Shown: piece by piece, positions 23,205 through 34,395 of the stretch | Numbering within the stretch: the first letter of the stretch is position 1 | Layout: each line of letters opens with the position of its first letter | Origin: Takakia lepidozioides | Taxonomy: Eukaryota; Plantae; Bryophyta | Reading direction: 5' to 3' | DNA: 64,000 nucleotides | NCBI GenBank assembly: GCA_030704615.1 | Contig: CM060732.1 | Span: forward strand, 69,316,001-69,380,000 | Translations under genes and position numbers: made by a program | The notes under the pieces: model-generated | Databases searched by the model: none | Seen by the model: only the letters and a program-made list of their open reading frames with translations | Told to the model about the DNA's origin: nothing

Positions 23205-25463
23205 ATGGCTACCCCACAGGCGATAAGATGACTGGAGGAGCTGAGATTGGAAGGATTGCAAAGCCTAGATTGGACACTACACCATAGACAGTACATGTTA
23301 CAATTTTTGCAGAACTTTGAGCCAAGGACAGGAACAACAACGGTGAAGGGAGTTGAATTAATGATTACTCCCCTATACCTCCAGCAATTGTTTCAATTGC
23401 CAGCAGGTCAGGTGCATGTGGGAGAACACAGGGCAAGACTGCAAATAGGGGACTTATTCCAAGAAGGGAGTTTCTTTAAAACTCAGGGTTATGCTTGTAC
23501 CAAGGCTGTGTACCCAGGGTTAAAAGAGATAGGCCAGGTATTGAACGTTCTGATTGCCCTGAAACAGAACCAACAATATTTGAGCAGATCCTTCACAGAG
23601 GAAATACTCAAAGGCCTGAAGGGACAGAGAGGTACAATGGGCGGACATAATGTACAACGCACTAGTAGAGGAGATGAAAAGATTACAAGGTACTACCGCA
23701 AAGTCTCCTATCATAGTGTCTGGCCCAATCATTGCTCAAATAATCCTTAATTCTGCGCATACTTAATGCACAAAGAAAGGAAGGAAATGGGGAGTGTTTG
23801 AGCCAGAGAAACAACTGCATGGAAGAGCAAGGCTCTTCACACAGTGAGGGTGGACTAGCAGCACAACCCGAGACTAAGAGGCAGAGAAGGGGAAAGACTG
23901 TAGTGGCGGATCCACTGGCTTCACGGATTCCGCATGATAATGTTTCCCAAGCTCATGACCAGGAAGGGGCACGCAGCACAAAAGAATGTTATTACTAGGA
24001 AGCAGGACCTTCAGAGAGGGAGGAGGAAGTTACTTCTGCATCACAGCCACACAGCCACTTGAACGACTTGTTACAAGGTCACAAGTTATCCATGCAACTC
24101 AACCCGAAATAATTGATTTGGAAAGTGAAGGGATAGAGATTCCAACTACAGAGCAGATAGTGGCAGAAATAGAGAAAGGGGACCTTCTCTATGAATATTC
24201 TGGTCTGGTCAAGGAGACAGAAATCCCAGAGGTGCAACAGTTGCCCAAGGAAATCCTGAGGTGCATATAATGCACACACCTGTGTTGGAGGTACCACAGA
24301 CAGAAGGTCATGACACTGTAACACCAGTCATAGATGAAGTAGTTCAGGAAGAAAATCCGGTGGGACAATGGCCTGAATGGTTAGTGAGACATCATACTGT
24401 TGAAGATCGGGAGGAACAGCAGCAACCTCACCATGATGACCCTCAACAGGCAATGCTGATGAGTTCCATAGGCAGGACACTTAATTTGTTGGGGACTTAT
24501 GTCAAATCCCATGTTCCAATTACCCAATTGACAGCCTTGAAAGAGGAACTCAGGAAGGAGTTTGAGGCTCGACTTGCCACTGAGTGTGCAAACAAGGTCG
24601 ATGAAGAGGTCACTCTCAAGATGAAGCAGGACTTGGGCAATACAGAAATGGCTTTGCAGTTGGCCAAGCAACAATTGATTGAGGCAAACCTCGCGCAAGA
24701 CCAGTTGCACGAAGCACATAAACAACAGCTATACCAAATGCAGGTGCAGCATGAAAGCAAGTTGCAAGAACTGAATGCACTACATACGGAGTTGCAGACA
24801 GTGCATAACAGGATGGCGATACAATGTGCTACATTTACAACTATGCTTGACCAATCAACAAAAGAAATAAACAGTCAAGCGGAAAAATGTACGAAGGCAG
24901 AAGAAGAGAATGTTGAGCAAATGAAGCTCATTGTCGATATGAAGAATACAATCTGTCGCCATGAAGATACTTTCAAGCAATACAGGCAGAGGGAAGCTGA
25001 TCAAGAGAAACACATCGTGGAGTTGCAACAAACCATCATGGCCAATAGAAATGAAATCACGGTCAGTAACAAGGCTTCGAAGGAAGCCAATAATCTACTT
25101 GCTGCCTATGCGCAATTGGTTGAGCCACAGGCGAAGCGCATGGAGGCTTTACAACAGCAGTTGGAATTGTACAAGCTAAGAGAAGAGCAAACTCTCAGGG
25201 GAACCACAAGCAGCTTGGTGGATAACAGCCTTATGCAGGTCTGGTTAGCACAAGGGCCAGTAGAGGGCAAAAGCCCACGGAAGCTCACCCAAAGAGAGAT
25301 GAATGAGCTCAGACTGCAGGTGCAGAACATTGCCACAACTACTATAGACAATGTCTATAGTAGGATAGCAGAGTTACAAGAGAATGTAGACGGACTCCAG
25401 ACTCAAGTGGAAGACCTCACTTCAAACATCGACCAAGAGTCTATATCCCTCACGAACAGCTAA
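23205..25463 (+). pseudogene. Extra 3' ORF3: Transposase_32/plant-mobile-domain-like N-terminus plus long coiled coil (Athila env-like position)
   Basis: FLQNFEPRTGTTTVKGVELMITPLYLQQLFQLP then an acidic linker and a Q/E/K/L heptad-rich 400-aa stretch; the N-terminal half is one open frame in copy 2. Confidence 0.7.
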
Positions 25464-26692
25464 TGGCTTCTTATTTGCAAGCCAGAACTCTGGCTTTTCA
25501 GTCTTCACAGGAGGTGCAGGAGATGCCAATGATACAGGAGCCAGTACCACCACCACCACAACAGGTCAGTGTACCAGTAGCTGAACCTGTGGTTACTACA
25601 ACCACACCACAGCCACCACAGCCGGAGGTATGGGGCAATGCCGCTTTTAACCCACCTAAAACTCCAGCTGCAAGGGAGTACAGCAGGGCTATGCTTATGC
25701 CCTTCAACCAAATTCCCATCATGTTGGATTTGGCTTGGAAAGAATTTAGTCCTCCGCAGTCATTCGCACATTACTACCAAATCATGCGTATTTGGCTGCC
25801 AGTGGCAACTAGGACTAAAGTTCTTCCAAACAATCGACATATTGAAGATCATCACTTTGCACAATACTGGCACGAGGCAGGTACCATGTTGAGGGAATTG
25901 GTTGCTTTCCAGGTTGTACATGGACTCATTTATACCAAGACCAAGGAGATAGCAAGTATTGTCATGGGGTGCGGGCTATACTATGCTGCTTGTTTTCTGA
26001 TACGTTACCACATTGAGCAACAAAAGATGCAAGCACGCTTTCAAAGTTACTCCAGTGGAGATCATTGGGTATTACCTTCGGTGCCACCTCATATGTACCT
26101 ATATGACCCAAAAGTTATGATGCAGAAGGATTCTCAAATTCGTTCATGGTTTCAAGCAGCCTGCAACCAATTGTCAACACAGAAATTCGAACTTGATGAC
26201 ATTTTCTATAAGGGACATGTGGCATGGAAGTACTTGCACGCTGCACCAGTAATTGGTACCCCACTCATCTGGACAGACAAAGAGCTCAGTGTCTACACCA
26301 ATTTTGCTGTTCAACGGTTACACCAGGTTGTAAAATGCAAACTTCCAGACATGGTAGGACAGCATTGTATGCCCCAGATGATTCCACAAAAGGTTCGAAA
26401 ATTAAAACATCTGAGAGGAGATGAGGATTCTGATACAACTGTTTCTTCACAGAATTCTTTTGACATGGCAGAAGACTATGCAATTCAGATGGAAGATAAG
26501 AAGCGACGGGGGTCTCCTATGCCGGAAAGATTACCTCGATATCAGCCTCCAGAGGGCATCACTTATCCAGGTAGTGATCAACCATCTCCGTCAACCAGAG
26601 ACAGACCTCGGGCTCGTACACACAGCCCACCACGAAACTATCAACGTCAACAAGGTGCTCACTCACAAAGGTTTGCTACTCGAAAACAGTAA
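25463..26692 (+). CDS. Extra 3' ORF4 of the retrotransposon, unknown function
   Basis: Intact 409-aa ORF whose ATG overlaps the ORF3 stop (TAATG 25461-25465) and which ends just before the PPT. Confidence 0.75.
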   Translation: MASYLQARTLAFQSSQEVQEMPMIQEPVPPPPQQVSVPVAEPVVTTTTPQPPQPEVWGNAAFNPPKTPAAREYSRAMLMPFNQIPIMLDLAWKEFSPPQSFAHYYQIMRIWLPVATRTKVLPNNRHIEDHHFAQYWHEAGTMLRELVAFQVVHGLIYTKTKEIASIVMGCGLYYAACFLIRYHIEQQKMQARFQSYSSGDHWVLPSVPPHMYLYDPKVMMQKDSQIRSWFQAACNQLSTQKFELDDIFYKGHVAWKYLHAAPVIGTPLIWTDKELSVYTNFAVQRLHQVVKCKLPDMVGQHCMPQMIPQKVRKLKHLRGDEDSDTTVSSQNSFDMAEDYAIQMEDKKRRGSPMPERLPRYQPPEGITYPGSDQPSPSTRDRPRARTHSPPRNYQRQQGAHSQRFATRKQ

Positions 26693-26713
26693 ACCGTGAG
26701 GACACGGCTTTTT

Positions 26714-26726
26714 GAGGGGGAAGGGG
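26714..26726 (+). promoter_or_regulatory. Polypurine tract
   Basis: GAGGGGGAAGGGG 3 nt before the 3' LTR. Confidence 0.85.
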
Positions 26727-26729
26727 TAA

Positions 26730-27767
26730 TGTTAGAGGACTGTAGGGGACTTAGACACTTATACGGGATCTGTAGGGTACCCTTAATTTTTGCACAGACT
26801 GAGACCAACAGGAGCCTTAGGGGTGACAGCAGCGCACTGTAGAGGGGGGTTACACAGCCAACACAGCCCGTCACAGTCGTCACAGCCAACACAGCCCGTC
26901 ACAGTCGTCACAGCCCACACAGCCCGTCACAGTCGTCACAGCCCACACAGCCCACACAGCAGTCACAGCCCACACAGCCAACACAGCCCGTCATAGTCGT
27001 CACAGCCCACACAGCCCGTCACAGTCGTCACAGCAGACACAGCCCACACAGCCAGTCACAGCCCGGCACAGCCACACAGCCAGTCACAGCCCGACACAGC
27101 CAAACACAACCAGTCACCGCTTGACACAGCTGTCACGATAATAGGGAACGAAGAGTAGGACAGGGAACGACTGTGGGGAACAACACCTGTGAAGGGAACA
27201 TGTTAGTTCACATACGACGGTTAGAGAGGGAAACGGTTAGAACCGCGGATAGGAGGATAAAGGGAGAAACGGGGAATGAAGGGGGATCATCATTATTCGG
27301 AGGGGGACTTCGGAGTCAGGCAGGAGCGGAGATCGGAGGCAAGAGATGGAGAGCACAAGAAGGAGAAAAGAGGATTAGTAGATGCTTGTTATATGCAAAG
27401 CTGTAGTGATATTGGAGAGCAGATTAGAGACATAATGGCTTCGGCCTGATACCTGATAAATCATAATCTGATACTTATACGATACAATCACACTGTGTAG
27501 AGAGATCTGAGAGAAGCTGTGGATTGAATGGTTGAGTGAAGGAAACCGATAGATTGATGAAGCAAACTGATACTTAATTATCAATGCCAAAGGTAGCTAA
27601 GATGAATGCGAAAAGGGAAACGCATAGGAAACGCCCCCATGATACACTAGCTGTAGGTCATGACTGATTGTTCTGCGCGGGCTAAGTACTTAGAGATTTC
27701 CAACTCTTCTATCTTGGAGTTTCCGCCTCGGATAGCGAAGGGATGGGTGAGTAAAAGCCGCGCGACA
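26730..27767 (+). repeat. 3' LTR
   Basis: Direct repeat of 14507-15479, followed by TSD GACCT. Confidence 0.96.
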
Positions 27768-27770
27768 GAC

Positions 27771-28867
27771 CTGTTTAGCTCGAATGGCCATCTCTACCTT
27801 CTCCACCTCCCATAATCGGTCACCTAAAGGTGGGGAATTCTCTCTTGCAATTTTCCGACCCATGTTCCGCAACTAATCATGCATCATCAACTTCCTTTCA
27901 CCATCTATTTTCACAAGACATCTATCCTGCAGATTTTTCAATCCAATACTTCATGAGCTCCATGTTCGCAGCGTTGTTTCGACAGGCATACCTTCAGCAG
28001 ACCGGCTATATTCACCAAGCTTGTCATGATTCAAAAAAGGAACTTTGCAAAAGAAGCAAGCAATGTCCAAAAACATCATCTGGTCGTCCGGACAAAGAAA
28101 TTTGTAACTAATTTGCAACGTCTTCCACAGCTTTTCATCCTCCTCACCGTCCAACGTCTTTCCATCTCTAAGCTTGACTAGTGCATCTTCCCACACTTCC
28201 AAGCTCTCACAAGTGCGAAGGAAAGCACCCATGACCTCTAGGCTCAAAGGAAGGCCATCACAAGCTTTCACAACAGTCGTCGCTATCACTTCAAACTCTT
28301 GTTTTCGTTTGTCGTCTACAAAAGCGTGTAGGCAAAACAGATCTAGGGCCAGCTTTTCGCTGAGTTTCTCCACCTCATACTTTCCGTCATCCCCCACATA
28401 CTGTCGTAAGATTTGCCGATTTAGGCCAGTCATAATCACTTTGCTGCCAGGTTTCAACTCCTTTCTCAGACCCAGAGCATTTACTTGGCCTACAATGGCA
28501 ACATCATCCAACACCAAGAGCACTTTCATATCCGTGAGACACTCCTCTACGAACCTCGGAGCTTGTTCTTCATTTAGACTGCCAGTCTGCTTTGAACTCT
28601 TACCCAAGTCCCGTAGCAATTGTCTCTGGGTCTCCACAATATTACTTGCTCTGATGTTTGGCAAGAAGCAGTGTGCATCGAAATTCATACGATCAAGATG
28701 ATCACGGTAGATCGCCTTTGCCAAGGTTGTCTTGCCAATACCGCCCATGCCAACTATACCGACCCTAGGAACCCCTTCAAACGTTGCCTCACATCATCAA
28801 CACGTTCCGGGAGCCCAACCAAATGTTACGGGAGATTGGGGATCCACTCAAGATCCAAGAAATTTAC
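27771..28867 (-). pseudogene. NB-ARC exon of NLR immune receptor
   Basis: P-loop GMGGIGKTT, kinase-2 LLVLDDV, RNBS-B GSKVIMT, GLPL, RNBS-D FLDIACFF, MHD followed by an in-frame TAG; acceptor gtgcag|gta at 28868/28867, donor cag|gtc at 27771/27770. Confidence 0.95.
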
Positions 28868-28897
28868 CTGCACCAAGACACAAATTCTCGAGATTAA

Positions 28898-29700
28898 CCC
28901 TTAAGTTCCCAAGCGACCTGAATCGGGTCACTTTGAATTTGCAGTTTGACCAAATTTTTGCAGATCTAATCTGATGGGGCCCACTCCTGAAGCTTTAATG
29001 ACAAGGGATTTGTCTCGAGTATGATGCAAGAAACAAAATTAAAAAAAAACAAAAGCTGCTACTTACAAAAAATATCTTAGATCTCTCATTTATGTTTTGG
29101 GGGCCTGAAAAGGGCTGTTGACCGCTGACGTGGCTGGTAAACAAGCCCAAAACAGATTGCACTCCAAAGGCCATTTTTGGCAGAAAATTAGCAATTTTGG
29201 AAAAAATACTTCACCTTGTGGTGTGTGAGCATTACATACACACATCCACCATTGGCTTTTAAAAAATTTGTAGAAAAAAAAGTACTTCATTTGGAGGCAC
29301 ATTTTCTATTGTCAATTTTGAGATTTCAACCCCCATGTAATTGCATGAATAGCAAGCATAGGTGAAAAAATCAGTTGGACCTGCAATTTAGTGGGGTCAT
29401 GGCCACTCCACTATTGATTTGGAAATGGTGGGTCTTGGGGCAAGCAAAATTGGATAAAGCTAGGTTTTGATTTGGTCAAACCAATTTCTTTCACACTTTT
29501 TATTTGGGACTTGATATTTGAGGTCCGGGGCCAACGCTATAATCTCACAATTTCCGAGGTGGACTTGGGTCATTTTTTGGTATGTCATGCATAAATGAGC
29601 TGGGCCCATTGCTATAAGGCTGGAATCTGTGGATGATTTTTGGTAGGTTTCTAGGGGCAATTTACTGCAGCTTACCCAAAATTGCTTGGGAACTTAAGGG
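28898..29700. mobile_element. Non-autonomous piggyBac-type TIR element (803 bp) in an NLR intron
   Basis: TTAA|CCCTTAAGTTCCCAAGC ... GCTTGGGAACTTAAGGG|TTAA: perfect 17-bp TIRs, CCC/GGG ends and TTAA duplication. Confidence 0.85.
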
Positions 29701-29839
29701 TTAAAGAGGAATATAAGGTCTATCAAGTGGCTAATTAATAATTCATTCATACCAACATCTTGAACGTTGGCGCAAATGTTCTTGACATTTTCAATGAAAA
29801 TGCAATTTAGCAAAGAATGATGGGGGATCTGGCTTTGGA

Positions 29840-29934
29840 TAAGCTGAAGGTGTTCAAGAAGCTTAAGGAGTTCGAGAAGCTTTAGGTAGCTCACATGCGC
29901 CTGGCTGGGTGGCCGACAAACTTCCATATGGTTG
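29840..29934 (-). pseudogene. C-terminal end of the alpha/beta-hydrolase domain of the NLR
   Basis: NHMEVCRPPSQAHVSYLKLLELLK matches the HxxxC(K/R)P...Y..L motif (catalytic His) of SERAC1/PGAP1/SesB-like hydrolases and lies directly upstream of the NB-ARC intron. Confidence 0.75.
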
Positions 29935-31150
29935 GGAAGTCAACACGATCTATGTTCGCTTTTTTGCACCGCCAGATTAAAGACCATGAGCCTTCCTGGA
30001 CAGAAGATTGAAACCTCCTTTGGCGCAGGGGGAGCTGAAAGTCTGCGTGCCGAGACGGCCATTCGACTCTCCTTTCACGAGAAGAAAGTCTGGGAACATT
30101 TCAGACTGCGTACTTGGCATTCGTTCCTTTTGCAATCTGACAAAGTAGAACAGCTGCAATGGTGTCGGCATATTCGTCTCTTAAGAAACTCTCCAAGATC
30201 GTTATTTTCAGTCCCACGAATTCTTTCACGAAAAGAATTTGGGAGATGGAGCGGTTGAGTTGATCTACTCCTGCCAGTGAGAAACTAAAAGGATCAGGTG
30301 CTAATTTCAGGTATAATGATTTTGGTGGAGCATGCCTCAGCAATAGAACACTCGAGCAAGAACCACTACCGAGTTGAAGACGCAGTGGGTTGAATAGTTT
30401 GAAGTTGTGTATCTGGTCTTCACCTTTCATGGAACTCACACCGCAGATTCGTCAGTTATGGCCGCCCCACGGTGAGGCTCACGAGACAAGCCTGGATGTT
30501 GTGTTCTTCCATGGCCTGCAATTCGGCGAACTAGGAGTGGAAGCTTGGAGAGACACTTGGGTGCAACGCGGTAATCCGAGAGTTTGCTGGCCTGCAGAGT
30601 GGCTTCCCAAAGATCTGGGTGAGAAAGTGCGAGTGTTTTCTCTCTCATACGATGCAGCAGCACACATGGGCCCAAAGGGAGGAAGTGGAAGTCATCAGCC
30701 ATGGTCGGTAACCACCTTTTGCTTGCTCTAGTGCTTTGCTTAGAGGGCAAAGAGTGTTGTTTGTGAGTTGCAGGTCAAGTGAATTTTACCATGGATTCAC
30801 ACCGTCACATGGCGTTGGCCCCCAGCTTCTAACAGAGTACACATAGAAAGCTTGATAGTAACAAAGCTGACAAGGTTCCGCTTTCTTACATGGGGCAAGC
30901 ACGGATCCATCCGTACTATACCAGTTTAGTTTACAATCAACATAAAAACTGAGAATGTAGTTAATATTCACCAAGAAGCCGGTGCTCACCATTGTGCTTG
31001 AGATACTGTGCACACTACTTGTGTCTTCCCTCCGCAGCTGCTACTGCCTCGGTTGTATTTCAGAGCTCGCTCCCACAGTCTGCGGATAGAGATGATACCT
31101 GCAACGTGAGGACCGTCAGTGCCTCGCTTGCGCCGGCGACAGCAGCACTT
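29933..31150. repeat. Diverged, internally rearranged duplicate of 36915-37930 (NLR 5' region)
   Basis: 29933-30260 matches 37347-37610, 30863-31150 matches 37609-37930, and 30395-30840 matches the reverse complement of 36915-37310. Confidence 0.88.
30429..30684 (+). pseudogene. Inverted first exon of the alpha/beta-hydrolase NLR domain
   Basis: MELTPQIRQLWPP..LDVVFFHGLQ...WRDTW...CWPAEWLPKDLGEKVRVFSLSYDA is a SERAC1/PGAP1-like N-terminus; it lies opposite to the rest of the gene. Confidence 0.85.
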
Positions 31151-31504
31151 ATCCTTTGTATTACGAGACATGGGCAGTGATACTGTAATTTATTCCTAGA
31201 TATCCACGGAGGTCTAGCTAATTTTCGGGCTGCTCAATTGGGGAGGGGCCCTGCTGTCTTGCAAGTTGTTTGATGCTTACTCTTGTCCCATTGGCACTTT
31301 TGAGCTTTCCAACTACGTCGTAACTTGCATGTCATGGCTAGTATGGTTATACCACCAGCGCAACAGAACACTCTGGCATACTCTATTTTGCCAGGTGTTC
31401 TCTTTCATGAGTTCGTCATCGGAAGTTTGTGAGGCCTTCTGTCCCGCTACTCCGCTGCACCTTTCTCTGAATTGTCCGCGGATTCTTACCCGTGATGCTG
31501 GGTG

Positions 31505-31720
31505 GGATGCATCGTTTGAGGGAGGACCCACACTTCACGTGGGCACGATGGAAAGTTTTTGGGCCACACTCAATCCTGCTTTCGCGTTCCAGGTTCCATC
31601 GTGGGCTCGTCACGCTCACCAGACTCGATGCATCCCTTGTGAGCTTCAAAACAGAGGGAGGACCCACACTTCACGTGGGCACGATGGAAAGTCTTTGGGC
31701 CACATTCAATCCTGCCTTCA
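31505..31720. repeat. Short tandem duplication (period ~136 bp)
   Basis: gagggaggacccacacttcacgtgggcacgatggaaagt..ttgggccaca.tcaatcctgc occurs at ~31518 and ~31654. Confidence 0.85.
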
Positions 31721-34395
31721 TGTTACATATCTCATCACGCGAATACACACGAGACATTACACTCTGGGAGAGTCTGTGCAACACTCCCATTGCCCTTTTA
31801 AGGATCCAAAAGTGGAGCGATTAGGGTCTTTGAGTTCACAACTGACTGCTGCAGCTTCTCCACAAAATTCCGGTAGTTTGCAGAGCTTCTGTATGGAAAT
31901 TAAGTCTGCCAGTCCAACAGAGACATACTGCTGCAGAGCGGGAGATTTCAAGTAATCCAAGCTCAGTCTTGACAGCATCTCATTTGAGATAGGCAATCAG
32001 GGTATTCTCCGGCTACCTTTTAAACTGGCCATAACTTTTGTTAGACAATTCAATTGAATTGATTCCTCAACCAATTTTGTTGAACATCCAACCAAATACT
32101 TGCTCACATCTGAACATTCTACCGAGACAAAAACTTTTGTTGATTATGAGAAAGAAAAGGGATGCCATGAACTGAAAGGTTCACATGTGTGTCTGTAAAA
32201 ACTGAATATATACAAAGCAATCAACCTTCAGCATTCTTATTGGCTCCACCTTCAAGATGCACCCAGTTATTCAAAAGTTCGGCGACTTTTGGTTACTCAG
32301 ACAGCTATGGAACAAAATTCACTAACAACAGAACATCCAATACTGCTGCAACAACGACTCCCAAGCTCAGTACATCAAACCACTGTAAAAAGCAACACAG
32401 ACATGAACCGACTGCAAGCCAAGACAAATCATCCCTCTTGTCCACAATGGGCACGGCCCACTTCTCTCCATTGGGACTGTCGTAGAAAAATGAGAAGATG
32501 GGCAATCCAAGAGAAGGCAGACCCAGACCCGTATTCTGCGAGAATGGACCCAGCTCCAAACTCAGCCCACGCTTGTAACTAATCTGAATTCCAAGCCACA
32601 ACAAAGCATCCTTCCACTGGTGTGAAATAATCTCAACAATAGACGAGATCAAAGAGAGTTGGGTCCTTTGACCTTCTCTTGCAAACTGTTGCCATGGAAA
32701 AGACGAGACATTAAGACCCCTCAAATCCATGAGCCATCATCCACATGGGCTTAAAATTGATACACAGCAACAACTCGACATACTTGAAACAGAGTGTGCA
32801 TGGCAAGTACATGCATGTTTGGCTGTCAGGCAAGAATGTGTAACCAACACCTTCCAAAACAGGAGACAAAGTTAGTCACAGGCTGACCACAGCAGTCGAT
32901 GTCATGTACAGGAAAACACCCTCACATATAACCCCAGAAGACTTCACAGGTCAAACGATTCAAAGCTCTTTTGCATAAACTCAAGTATGCCAAAAGCTGG
33001 ATCTACTGTATCTGTGGCTCATACAGGTGGAATCATTGGTGGACAGCATGATCAAACAATTTTTTGATCCAGCAACACCAGAACTATGTGAGACTGCAGA
33101 AGCAGAGCAGGGTTTACCACAGCAGTTAGTGCTACAAGCAGAGCTTGCGTGAATCACAAGAATTGTCAGCTGCTTGTTTGAAAGACGTTTTCTTCTTTAA
33201 GGTGGCCAAAAGATGCTTGATATGATAGCACTTTTGTTTGACAGGACGATGAGTGCAGGTATTACTTTGTGGAACCCCACATACTCCAGCTAGTGTCCAT
33301 ATATAGATTAAAATGGACATACATATATGATACATTCACATTTTTTACATGTGGCCTTCAAGCAAGCCTCAGAAAAAATTGATCTGAATTGCTGGAAAGA
33401 GAAGAGACAGATTCGTACCTCGGTGGTAGCAAACTTTGGTGCCCATGATATTCGTAATGGGATTTATTGCGGTTACAACCTTCATCCTGCCTGCAAGGCT
33501 GGGAAGCTGGCTATCTTACCCACCGCCACCCCACCAAAGTTCGAAGTGGCATCAGGGCAAGAAACAAGTTTCAGCTTAAATTGAAATGCATCATTAGAAA
33601 AATTATGGTGAGGACTTCAGGAGGAACTAACATCCACTTGGAAACACAGAAACTCCAATGTTTCCCGACCAAAAATTACACTAACCTCCATACACCAAAT
33701 TCATGCTAAGGCACATCGCAAGTGCTCACTCTTACCGACCTTCTCTCCGATGTGCTTCATTCTTCCTGAATCACATACAATCTGTTTGAGAGACACAATC
33801 AACCCTTCCACCATACGGTTGTTGTATCCACCGAAACAGCCATTCCACTTCCCAGTTAACTGTGGGTGATTTAACTGGGGTGATTGCCAACAGCCCTTCC
33901 CCAAGGCACAAGAGCAGAGAAATTGCAATGTTACAACTGACATGAAAAATCTAGTGGCACACATAAAGAAAGTTCATTCTGTCCACACAGGAGAAACTGA
34001 CTTAGTGAGATAGGCAAGGCCAGGCTGAGGGTTTTGCAGAGAACCTGGGGACACCAAGCCATACCTGGGCTGATTGTTAGGTGGTGCAACTCTCCTCCCA
34101 ATGGCTGTAGGACTGAATGGACGCGAGCTTTGCTGCTAGTAACTGTTCTGTGCTGCGCTTTTTGACTTTGCTGACACAGACAGCACTCGTTGGCCATCTC
34201 CTGCTTATGTTCTAGGGCTTCAGTCTGTTCTGTTCTTTCCGGTCTGTAGCATACTTTTGGGCTGATTACACTTCTCCTGCCTGAGCTGCATCCTTGTCAC
34301 TCACACTTTAGAGATTGGCATTCCTTGCCTTGACTTTTTGCTCCATTAAGTTTGTTCCTAGGTGTTTCCTTTAACAAATTAGGGAGGGTGAGAGA

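Larger units (their letters stand above)
14507..27767 (+). mobile_element. Full-length Ty3/Gypsy LTR retrotransposon (non-chromovirus, Athila/Phygy/Selgy-like) with extra 5' and 3' ORFs
   Basis: LTRs 14507-15479 and 26730-27767 (TG..CA), TSD GACCT on both sides, PBS, PPT, gag-PR-RT-RH-INT order; no chromodomain or extra RNase H seen. Confidence 0.97.

Noticed and set aside
31200-34390. Coding-like composition and several 80-230 aa ORFs
   Set aside because: No motif recognised; probably decayed TE or gene fragments; needs a BLASTx search.
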